Positions 39,596-50,684 of a stretch of 64,000 bases of DNA are shown one piece after another. The stretch's first letter is position 1, and every line of letters starts with the position of its first letter. Made by a program: the position numbers and the translations under genes. The notes beneath the pieces were generated by a model. That model saw only the letters and a program-made list of their open reading frames with translations, searched no databases and was not told the origin of the DNA. The stretch lies in NCBI GenBank assembly GCA_013239625.1, contig MU053810.1, forward strand, positions 5,240,071-5,304,070. The letters are read 5' to 3'. The DNA comes from Lama guanicoe (Eukaryota).

Positions 39596-39964
39596 TTAAC
39601 CATATTTAAACTATTATACAATGAGTTTAAAAAGGGAGAAATAAAAATTTTCAACAAATGTGAAAAATATCCACACCAAGAATCAAATAAATGAAAAAAA
39701 TGTAAAACATCATAGAGAAGCTATCTTTCTTACACTGAACTACTAAAGATTAAAAGTAATAAAAACACACAAAATTGAAAACCAGGAGAGAGATGAGAAA
39801 TAGGCTGTTGCTTATGCTGATGGGACTTGACTTTGTATAACTTTTTTGGAAAGTAATTCAACAGTCTATCCTGAAAGCCCAAAAGTGCTCCTAGTTTTTG
39901 AGCCAGCAGTTTTACCTACACTGATGAACTCATCTACAGAACAGAAACACACTTGAAGACATAC

Positions 39965-40280
39965 TAAGCAATCTTACAGTTACCAAGGGAAAGGGGTTGG
40001 GAAGGGATAAATTTGGGAGTTTGAGATTTGTAAATGATAACCACTATATATAAAAATAGATTAAAAACAAATTTCTTCTGTATAGCACATGGAACTATAT
40101 TCAATATCTTGTAATAACCTTTAATGAAAAAGACTATGAAAATGAATATATGTGTGTATGCGTGTGCGCCCACACTCACACACACAGACTGGAACATTAT
40201 GCTGTAAACCAGAAACTGACACATTGTAACTGACTATACTTAGGTTAAAAAAAAATTCTACCTCTAAAAAAAATAATAAA
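39965..40280 (+). mobile_element. L1 3' UTR fragment
   Basis: 'gttacca.gggaaagggg..ggaagggataaatttgggagtttgagattt...ggaactatattcaatatcttgtaataacc' with A-rich end. Confidence 0.8.
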
Positions 40281-40674
40281 ATATTACCATTGATTTGAGG
40301 GCCTTACTTTTTTTTTTCAGAACTACTTTTCTTTCTCCTTGATGTAGTCTGTGATGCCCATCACAGTAGAATTGTTCAGCTACTTATTTCTAACTTATAA
40401 TGGATTCTGCAGCATCAGGTGTCTCATTAGAAGGCTGTGAACTAAAATATGCCAGGTCTATGAGAGGGAAAAAGCTTCATTAAGAGTGAGCAGCTAAATA
40501 ATTCAACAGCTTGTGGTCAGGGAGAGTGACTCAAAAATGGATGAGTGGGACAGAACCTTGGCACCTGGGAGATTCTGTTTTTATGTTCCCACTATCTGGC
40601 ATGGTGTCTAGTAAGAGAGGCCATTCCAAAACAGGGTTTTGGACTGAAGATCCTTGAAAAAAGTTTTATTCCCC

Positions 40675-40957
40675 TTTTATCCTGTTTTTTGTTTTTTTGT
40701 TTTTTTGTTTGGAGTGGGGAGGTAATTAGGTTTATTTATTTATTTATTTTTAATGGGGGTACTGGGGATTGAACCCAGGACCTCATGTATGCTAAGCATG
40801 CACTCCACCACTGAACTATACCCTCCCCCCAATTTTCTGCTAACTTTTTGGGAGGTAATTAGGTTTATTTATTTATTTAATGGAGGCACTCAGGATTGTA
40901 CCCAGGAACTCGTGCATGCTAAGCACGTGCTCTACCACTGAGCTAGACCCTCTCCCC
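40675..40957 (-). mobile_element. Two tandem or nested vic-1-like SINEs
   Basis: Two complete heads (ending at ~40830 and ~40957) in the same orientation; outer repeat TTATTCCCC at 40666-40674 and 40958-40966. Confidence 0.85.
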
Positions 40958-41979
40958 TTATTCCCCCTGTAATTAACTTCTAGGCCCTTCTAGGAAATAA
41001 TCTTCTTGAGAAAAATCCAAACAAGCCATATTCAACTAAAGAACCTAGAAAAACATCACTGTCCTCAATAAAACATGCTGCATTCTATAACTAAAGAGAA
41101 GGGCTTGCATTGGCCTTTTGAAATTGTAGGAATGTAAGATGTCATAATTAAAAGAGAAAGCCACAAGAAGACATCATTAAAAAAACACTGTTCACTCTGC
41201 TGAAACTCAACCCCTAAGTGCGACCTTCAGCTGAATCTCCAGGAAAGAATGTGATGGTTTCAGACCTATGCCAAGAAGCTGCTCAGAACTGCCTAAGATC
41301 TTAATTACAGGTCAAGTTCTGTTGTCATGTTGGGAAACATTTATATGGAACCTGACTCCAGTCAAGATGGCATGACACTGTGTAGGGACCTGGGGTAAGT
41401 GAGCAGAGACTGAGAGCCACAAAAGTCAGGGAGTTTATGGTTTTCAGACCGTTCTTGACACACGAGAGCAGGTAAACTCTGACTCACACATCAAAACCTA
41501 GAAAGATTTATAAGCTCTAGAGGAATGAACCGTCCATTCTCTCTTTCAAAACCCCAGGACAAAGAGGAAAGTGAAAGAAACGAAGAACTTGAAACTTTGC
41601 CTTTTGTTTGGAAAATGTCAGCCGCTAATTTGTCCTTGTGAGTTCTTGACACTTTATGATCTTTTGTAGCCACCATAAGAATGTGGTGACTTCGAATTAT
41701 TAGACACTCAGGTGCTCATGTTTAAAACTCAAATGTCTTTAATTTATGTGTTAGTTGAGAAGAATGATATTCCTACTCAGAGTCTATTTGTGGAAGAGTG
41801 GGATATGAAACTTGGTTAAATATCTCCAGGGGTGTTTTTATAACATGGGTATTTTTACTAAATTAGAGCACGATGAAACTTCAAGGCAGGTGTAGGATTA
41901 TTCCAAACTATTTTTGTTATTTTTTTAAACATGGTTAAAAATTAAAACCTTAAAACCTTCTATCCAATGTAGCACTCAC

Positions 41980-42815
41980 ATGCAGCAGCATGGATGGACC
42001 TAGAGATTATCATAAGTGAAGTAAGTCAGGCAGAGAAAGACAAATATCATATGATACCACTTACATGTGGCATCTAAAATAATGATACAAATTTTATTTA
42101 TAAACCAAAATAGACTTACAAACTAGAGAAAACAGACTATGATTACCAAAGGGAAAAGGGCTGGGAAGTTTAACATAGGAGTTTGGGATTAATAGATATA
42201 CAGTACTATATATAAAATAGACAACAAAGTCCTACTGTACAGCACAAGGAACTATATTCAATACTTTGTAATAGCCTATAATGGAAATGAATATGAAAAG
42301 GAATTCATATATATGTATAAATTAATCATTATGCTGAATGCCAGAAATTGACACAACCTTGTAAATCGAGTATACTCCAATTAAAAAAAAAATTCTGTGT
42401 CTGCTAATCCCCAACCCCTAATTTATCCCTCCCCACCCTTTCCCCTTTGGTAACCATAGCTTGTTTCCTTTGTCTGTGAGTTTGTTTTTGGTTTATAAAT
42501 AAAATTTGTGTCTTTTTTTAGATTCCACATGTAAGTGATATCATGTGATATTTGTCTTTGTCTGACTGACTTCACCCAATATGATCCTCTTAGCAGACAC
42601 ACATTGCTATGTATGGAATGGATAAACAACAGGGGCCTGCTGTCTAGCACAGGGAACTATATTCAACGTCTTGTAATAGCATAAAATGGAAAAGACATAT
42701 AATATTTTATTAATACATGATTTATTAATCATTAATTAATAACATGTAATCTGAAAAAAAAGTATGAATGTATATGTATAACTGAATCACTTTGCTGAGC
42801 ACCTGAAACTAACAT
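41980..42815 (+). mobile_element. L1 3'-end cluster: one + strand fragment followed by a second, partly inverted copy
   Basis: + strand 'catggatggacctagagattatcat..aagtgaagtaagtcag' to an A-run at ~42392; the same region antisense at ~42394-42580; + strand resumes at ~42590. Confidence 0.8.
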
Positions 42816-42966
42816 AGAGAATCAGTGACCCTTTAATAACACAGCAGTCACAAACAATTTCACGTGCCTCCCCATCGTATTACAAGACGGAGTCTTCTTG
42901 GCATGTTCGCTAGCAGAGGCGCCCACAGAGGGCTCTGGCCGTCTTTGCAATCTCCTTCTGACCTAG

Positions 42967-43137
42967 AATATGGCTTCAGCGCAATGGCCGTGATGCTGCT
43001 GATGCTGGGCTCCAAGCTAGGGACAAGTCTGATCCTTTTCCACAGCTGAGGAGAGCTACGGGCTCATTTTACAGCTGTTTGTGGGCCTGGCCGTGGGGAC
43101 ACTTTCTGGGGATGCTCTGCTCCACCTCATCCCTCAG
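42967..43137 (+). pseudogene. SLC39A12: SLC39A12 exon 7 equivalent (frameshift, stop, dead donor)
   Basis: tag|AA TAT GGC. Reads [26 protein letters not shown] (TGA 43047-43049); the shifted frame gives [30 protein letters not shown]. Donor position reads CAG|ataagc. Confidence 0.92.
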
Positions 43138-45337
43138 ATAAGCTGCTCTTGTCCGCTTCGATGACGTGTTTCTAATTTCTCTTTACCTTTAGCCACTGGA
43201 GGTGTGTATGCACCATTCCACAGTGACTTGGATGCCTAGAGACAGTGGCCTGTGTTCTCCTCAGAAATCAGTGTTATTCCCCCAAAGTCCTTGCAGGAGC
43301 AAAGAGATGATCAACCATAAAATTCACCATATTGCTCTTACTTCTGAAATTAAAAAAATAGGTGGTCAAATATAGATTCCGACTAAGAAAACTCCAGGAG
43401 GTGTACAGTCAGTATCTACAAGTAAAAATGAATAGACTGTAAGATGCACTTGTCTTTCTCCCGTTGCCTCAAGCCTCACAAATTCCACCCTCTGCCCGTC
43501 TCTGCTGTCTTTTCTGCCCCAGAAGTTTGTGTCTCCTCCTGCATCAGCTCCCTTGCAGGCTGGATTGTTGTTTGAGGTCCCTTATTAGGGACACAACAGA
43601 AAAGCCAGGGTGGGAGGAGAGAGTGGCAGGGGTATTGCTTCCCCACTGCCCTCCCTCTGGTACTTATTCTCGAAGCAGCTGATTACCTGCAATATTACTG
43701 CTCCCCAGCTCCACTTCCCACTGAGCTTCAGTAACATTGTTTCCAACCTTTGCCCTTTGCCCTGTCAGACCTAAGAGAGGTAATGACTTCCTGGGATTGC
43801 TCGTTTTAGAGTGTCTCATTATTCCTCGTTTATACCCTTGACCCTGCCCACACCTCTGGTCATAGCACCAGCATTAACCTCTCTTCATCTGAACCATCAA
43901 AATGAATTTCTCTTTCTTGCCCAGCTATTAGCACCTAGATTTCCTTTAAGAAACATGCAAGCTCCAGGAAGCTGGCTCTCTGCTGGAGTCTTCTGAGGCT
44001 CTCTATTGATCAGAAATAAAAGGACTAGGACCTGAGATGCAAAAGAGTTCAGGGAGAAGTGTCTTCAGATGAGGTTACCCATTCCTTCTCAGATCGCTTA
44101 TGATGGATAATGATGAGCAAATGATTTCCCCTCTCCTGCAAAGCCTGAGATGTTAAAATTTTCCACAAGCCCCTGGCAATTTCCTCCAGGGTCACTCTTG
44201 TTGCTTAGAGGCTCCACAGTTATTAGATTTTCTGAAAATTGCAAAGTGAGCATTGGAGAAATGAAACAAACCACTATTAGTCTTAATTTCCCTTGTAATC
44301 TAATTTTCTGGAAATATTTCAGGGCTTATTGGCTGGAGGCAGTGGCCTAAGCCTGTTTCTAGGTCACTGCAGTGGGTACAGAGCTGATCACTGCCCAGGA
44401 ACCTGGGATACAGCAACTGGATGGATCTTAAAGCTGCCTGGGTCTCCCCCCCAGCAGGGGGAGCACACAGCTCAAGGCAGCAGGGGAAGACGTGGGTGGG
44501 TGGGACTGTCAGCTGGCCCTATAGAGACATATTACAGAAGGGAACTGAGCTGGGTTTCATTTAGAAGGCAGTCACTTTGAGAAAAGAGACGAGGACAAAA
44601 GTTTTTGGGAAGAGGAAGAAAAATGCAATACAAGTGTGGTGGACAGCTAGAAAAATCAGTGGTTCCTGAATCTGGTCCAAGGCAAGTTTAAAGGACTACC
44701 CAGAAATGAGAAAATACTGCTGTCATGATTTCCTCTTTTAACTGGCTAAATTTACTCAGTTTTAAGATCGAGATTTTATTCTGTGGGGTTTTCTTCTGTT
44801 TTGTGACATTCCAATGCCCTCTGTTTTGTGAAATGATGGTAATTACAAATACTAGATGGGTGTCCTTCCATTTCTTTACCAAAAGAAAACGTTGACTAAC
44901 ATGGACTTGTTTTCAGTTATGTCCATAAACTCAATGTGTGTATGTAGATCTATATGGATACTCACACATGTACACGTATGTACGTATATGTATACATACT
45001 TGTGAATCTACATACATATTCGTATGAGCATATACCCATAGGAGTTCTTTTTCCTTTTTAAAATGTAGTCCTCAGGAACATCCTAAATGTGAAAAACACT
45101 GTGCTATTCCCCAAAGTGTCTTCTCCTGGGGAGGCAATGTGATACATAGTGATTTCCTAGCTCACAAGAAATCATGAGGTCAACAATGGAATGAGTCAAC
45201 CAAGGGGATGAGTCAACTAGAGGAAAATTCCTAAAGCTTTTCTAGTATCCTTTTGTGTCCCAGAGAGCTGACACTATGGCTAGGCATACAGGATGGAAAA
45301 GTCTTTCTGGCAGATTTCTTACTGATCTGAACGTTTA

Positions 45338-45545
45338 TTTATTAATCTATTAATGTATTTATGTATTTAATTGGAGTATTTTCCTTTTTTAAAATATATT
45401 TTTGTTTTTATTTATTTGTTTTGTTCTGGGGGCAGGTAATTAGGTTTATTTATTTATTTATTTTTTGATGGAGGTGCTGGGAATTGAGCCCAGGACCTTG
45501 TGCATGCTAAACACACACTCTACCACTGAGTTACACCCTCCCTTC
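45338..45545 (-). mobile_element. vic-1-like SINE with long AT tail
   Basis: tRNA-like head on the - strand; TSD CTGAAC(G/A)TTTA at 45327-45337 and 45546-45556. Confidence 0.8.
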
Positions 45546-46001
45546 CTGAACATTTACTAAACCTTGTATTTAACTGCCAGGGGTGCTGGGGAGAGAGAAT
45601 AAACCCCAGATGAAATGTATCTTTATATTTGTTCTGAATGTAAAAGGCACTGGTTTGTTACAAAGCATTGCTGTGCAAACAGACACGGATTGAACTTCTG
45701 AGAAAAAAATTCAGCTAAAGGGCAAATAATGTATGAAAATTTAGGCTACTTGCTGAAAAAACCTTAGGCCATATTCTCCTTGTTAGTAGAAGCTATTCAA
45801 AGCTCTCCTCTCTTTTCTCACATCTTATTTGACCCCAGTTACATCACATAGTAGCTGTACTCATGGATGGGCTTTGAATGATTTCAGGTGTCATCATGGG
45901 GTTTCCTAGAATGGAAGTTGAATGTATTCCACGGTGGACCTACTAATTAATATTTAGGTCGTTGAAAGTTATGTCTTTCTGTCTCTCTCTTTTCTTTTTA
46001 G

Positions 46002-46154
46002 ATTCTTGGTTTACGTAAGCAGAAAGCTTCAGAGCTGGGACAGTTCTATGAAAGCAAGGACCATAGTTGGAAAATCTTGGGATTAATTGGAGGCATCTAT
46101 GGATTTTTCTTGATAGAAAAATGTTTTATCCTTCTGGTACCACCAAGTGCTGAG
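46002..46154 (+). pseudogene. SLC39A12: SLC39A12 exon 8 equivalent (open; not in ORF track)
   Basis: tag|ATT CTT GGT...GCT GAG|gtatat; [51 protein letters not shown]; 153 nt. Confidence 0.92.
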
Positions 46155-48027
46155 GTATATTTAAAATCTTACTTATCTTTTGCTTGAGGGCATCATGATG
46201 TTGATCTTTTATTTCAGAACTACTTGTTCAAAAGGAATTGACATTGTGAGGTTGTCTATAAGGGATGGGGCTCTGATTTCTAGAACACACAGATGATTCT
46301 GACAGCTATAAGCCTGAGTGTTAATTTTTTAAACATCTGTTGCTGGCCCATTCATACACTTGTTACAACCTCCCTGGCTAGTTTAGACACAGGAGACCAT
46401 TTCATGTCTGGGAATGAAGGGGTTTCAAGAGCTAGCTACCAATCTGTGTTTTGGATGTCTTTCCTAACCCGAAACACAGAAACAAGCAAGCAGAAATGTT
46501 GGGAAAAAATCCACAAAATTATGCATCATTTTCTACCTTCAGGACATTTAAAATTATGAACACAAGAGGCTCAGGAATGGGAATTATGGCCCATCTTTTT
46601 ATCAGTTTAAATAATTGCTTTCATTGTGCCTGTATTTGATCAATTTCTGCATATAAAATGAAACGTAAAATGCAATGTGGCTTATTCATAGATTTTTTGT
46701 TTCTTGTTGCTCTTATGCATCATCCTATCAGAAAATAGATTAACTCGTTGGGAGAGTGAAAAAGGTAAACACTTGTGAAAAACTCTAGGAGACTAAAATA
46801 AACTTCTCTTACAAATCCTGGGGCTCAGCAGTCCTCATGGTTTTCCACGTATTCCCTGACTTTCTACTTGTTCACATACTATAAAACACTTGGGCACAGG
46901 GCACACACATCAGTAGTCTTTTAAAATATCTGCATTTGTTGTTTACTATCTGCCCTAGGTTTTTCAAAAATTCTATTTTATGTGTCAAAAATGAGGTGGT
47001 TTTCTGGATAGATGGAGGGATGTTAGATGGATTGATGGGTGATAAAATACAAAATGTCCATGGTAGGAAATGGGGGGAGGATACCTGGGTGTTGACATCA
47101 CAATTCTTTCAGCTCTTCTGTATAGTTGAAACTTTTCATTAAAAATAGATTTTAAACAAAATCCTGTAACATTTTTCTGTTTTAATGAATCAGAGCTGTT
47201 ATTTGGCCTGGGACCCATGCTAGGATTCTGCAGTCATTCAGAAATTTGGAATGCCAGCTTCAATCCCAGTACGTAGTCTAAAAGTTTAGGAACTTAACCT
47301 CCACAAAAGGAGTTCTAATCTAAATAAGCATAAAAAAATAAGATTCTCCATATACACAATAGACTAGTATACCCAGACTGGGAAAACTAAATTCCACAGC
47401 CAACATATCAATCTATGCATAATAATTAGAAATGTAACCAGATGGAAATGAGTGAAAAAAATTCTGAGCATCTCCATGTTAGAATTTTTTTCAGATTGTC
47501 CTTGGACTTGTCAGAAAACCTAAAATGAGTTTTAAGAACCTAATTTTAAGATGTATGATACTGGGTAAAATAAAAGCAATGGGAATATTTTAGAAGTTAC
47601 AAGTACTTTAGTGGGTGGTTATCTTTCTGGAGATATTAATTTAGTAATTATGGGGTAAAATACAGTTTCAGTTATCATCCTTTTGGTATCTCCATCAGAA
47701 AGAATTCACAATTTAATTTTACAGTGAGTAAAAAAGAGAGTAGAATAAAAAAAGACTGACTACACTGTTTGAGCCTTTGTGAATCATGACTAGAATTTCT
47801 GAAGTTGTGTTCTTAAAGTATTCAGAATATGCGTGATATTTTTGGGCAGTCCTGTGCTTCTCCATTTTAGCAAGTGTTTATCCTGATGAAATTCTTCCCA
47901 GTCCTCATTTTGTGTCACCCATCACTTTGGCCAATAAGCAAAATGTTAACTAGAACCATGGAATTGACAAAGGCTGCACCTGTGTTCTTCTGGCTTCAGC
48001 AACTAATTTTAAACCATCTTCATTCAG

Positions 48028-48138
48028 CAGGGTGTGTCATTGGTTATTGGGCATGTGGAACATTCCCACCACCTTGCATCCAAGCCTGAATTAAGTGACC
48101 AGTCAGGCAGAGGCAAATCTGCTTCCACTATCCAGTTG
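48028..48138 (+). pseudogene. SLC39A12: SLC39A12 exon 9 equivalent (open; His-rich loop)
   Basis: cag|CAG GGT...CAG TTG|gtaggt (NAGNAG acceptor); [37 protein letters not shown]; 111 nt. Confidence 0.92.
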
Positions 48139-49871
48139 GTAGGTTATCGATCTCAAGTGTTCTATTGATTTGATTACCTTCTTTCCTTTATTCCTTGATA
48201 AATAGATGAAAATCAGTAGGCTAGGTGAATAGAATCCACTCCTGATTTGCCTATTCTTGACCGTGATAAATCCTGTTTGGAAAACTTTGCCAAGCACCTG
48301 CAAGCTGTTTTAAACAGTGAAATGCATTTTCCACGGATTCAAGTTGCTGTTCTCTGCACCACTTTGAAACGTGTATAGATCAGATAGACATAATACACAT
48401 ATCCTTAATCACTGTGTTTACATGCTTTCATAAACCAGCCAACCTTGAGCTCTTCCATTCTAAATAATCCTCAGTCATGACCAGGTGAGGCCAAATAAAT
48501 GCTGAGCAAGGAATTAGTGCATCCAGGAGTCGGGTGCTCATTTCATAACATGGGAGAGAACTTATTCTGCCCAATGAGATGTCTCATTGTAAGTGCCTCC
48601 TATTATATTGAATTTTCCATGACAAAATCTTCTATATGAATTCTCAAAACACAACTGCCAATCAGATTCTAAAGAATATTCCTGTTCTAATTCTTAAAGT
48701 AACAAGTAAGGGGACAGGAAAATGATGAAAGTACTATATCATAGTTAAAAAACTTGCCTCCTGTACCCATGGCCTTGGGATAGGGGGTTACAGTTCAAGA
48801 ACAGATTCCCGAGTAGGGATTAGTAAACTGTTCTTGAGACATGAACCTGCCCAAACAGAAGTCTGGCAGTAGGCTGCAGATCTAGAGCTGACTCAGAGAC
48901 AGGGACAAAAATTTTTTCTTTAAAGATAATGATTTGAACAAAAGCCCTGTTATTGTTGAGATACATCATGTGTGGTTTGAAAGAACATAACTTCAAGCTG
49001 AAATTAATTTTTAATTCACTTTAATGCTGACTTCATTCCTTCTGTGGGAATGAAGGGTCCAGAACCCCAAGATGCAAATAAACAAAACTCTGATGCTAAC
49101 AAATTTAGAACAACTTGACTCCTCAAACTCGCTAATAATGTATTCACCGTTTCTTTTGTTATTTGAGCTGCCAGATCCACCCAAAGAGAAACAAATAATA
49201 CGAACTTTTAGAATTGTTTGACGGGTTCAATTTCCTGTTTTGTTTTGTTTTGTTTTTTAAGGAAGGAGGGAACTCACAAATCTTCCCAATCATCAAAGGA
49301 GTCTCGGATGCTTGCCTCTAAATTCCTTTACCTAGTGTGACAATAAATAGCTTTTTGGGGAAAAAAAAATCCTAGAATAAATATTTGAACTCCTGTCTTT
49401 TTTAAGTAGATCTATAGAGCCTTTTGATTATAATCAGCCTTTTGATATGATGTAATTTTTAAAAACTACATTTTTTTTTTGTTTCTAGATCCACAGATCT
49501 CAGGCAAGAGGGCTGACTGCCTCCTCTAACATTGCATCTTTCAGCTCCTACCTTCTCAGCCATCCTGCTCCAAAAATAGCCTATTATTACATCTTTTGAG
49601 TAGCTGCTTCATTCTAACATGTGAATGTCAAGTTTACTTTTTCTGTTTTACATTTGAAAAATAAAAAGATGCTTATGTCTCACACTAAATTTGTCTCAAT
49701 GTTTCCACAATTTTGGGTGATACGAATGTGCTTGTTCTAGATTATGTTCCGTACATGAATACAAAGTCTTCTTTTCACATAATAGCATCAGAATCTGAGG
49801 CCTAGGGAAGGAAAGTGACTTTCCTGAAACTGAACCATGAGTCAGTCTCTGAAATAAAATCATATCATCTT

Positions 49872-49985
49872 GGAGGGGGAGAGCATAACTCTGTGGTAGA
49901 GCGCGTGCTTAGCATGTACAAGGTCCTGACTTCAATCGCTAGTACCTCCATTAAAAAAACTTTTTTAATAAATAAATAAACCTTA
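49872..49985 (+). mobile_element. vic-1-like SINE
   Basis: 'gggggagagcataactctgtggtagagcgcgtgcttagcatg..aggtcctg..ttcaatc..agtacctccattaaaa'; both flanks aaaat..tatcatctt. Confidence 0.8.
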
Positions 49986-50617
49986 AAAATTGTATCATCT
50001 TAACTCATAGAAGTCAATTTCAAAATTTCACTTCTCTGTCATAAGAAAGGATGAAAAATCTTTTAAATGTATTGTGTTCATCTTTTGTCAGTTTATCTAC
50101 TTTCTCAATCAGCAAGAGACTTTGACTGACTGGAAAGGCAACAAAACCAGCCTATTCTGCTGTGATGAATGAAATGAGATGCTGGGTTTACATAGGTTTC
50201 TCCTCCATGATCTACTTAAAGATTAGAAGGTGAACCCTAGATCCACAATCTGCCATATAGGAGAAGTGCCAACTTAGGTCAAGAATCAAAAATGTTTTCC
50301 CTACAGCTTTTGTGTTTCATAAAGGCTTACATGCTGTAAGAGTCTGAATTACGGACTATCTCAGTTGCCCCTAGCTCTCTATGGACAACTCTGAGCTACG
50401 TAACAGTGCTGGTTTCATCTAAGTGTAGACAGTGGAGAAAACATGCTTGCAGACTGTCAGCTCTACCTTCTCTGTTTGTCTTTGAAACTTAGAAGTTCTA
50501 ACATACTCCAAGGAGTTCAAATGTCTTTTGATAATCAACAGAACGCTTCACATGTTTCATTTCATAAAATGAGGACTATTGCTTATCTTTCATCCTTTCT
50601 TTTTCAGTTTAAAATAG

Positions 50618-50684
50618 AAAGGCCCAGAAGATTCACAGGCAGCTGAAATTCCTATAGGCAGTATGACTGCCCCCAACAGAAAAT
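50618..50684 (+). pseudogene. SLC39A12: SLC39A12 exon 10 equivalent (open)
   Basis: tag|AAA GGC CCA...AGA AAA T|gtacca; KGPEDSQAAEIPIGSMTAPNRK; 67 nt; the phase joins exon 11 as T|GC = Cys. Confidence 0.88.

Noticed and set aside
42910..42923. CTCF-like CTAGCAGAGGCGCC upstream of exon 7
   Set aside because: Mismatches the core G-run; too weak without conservation data.
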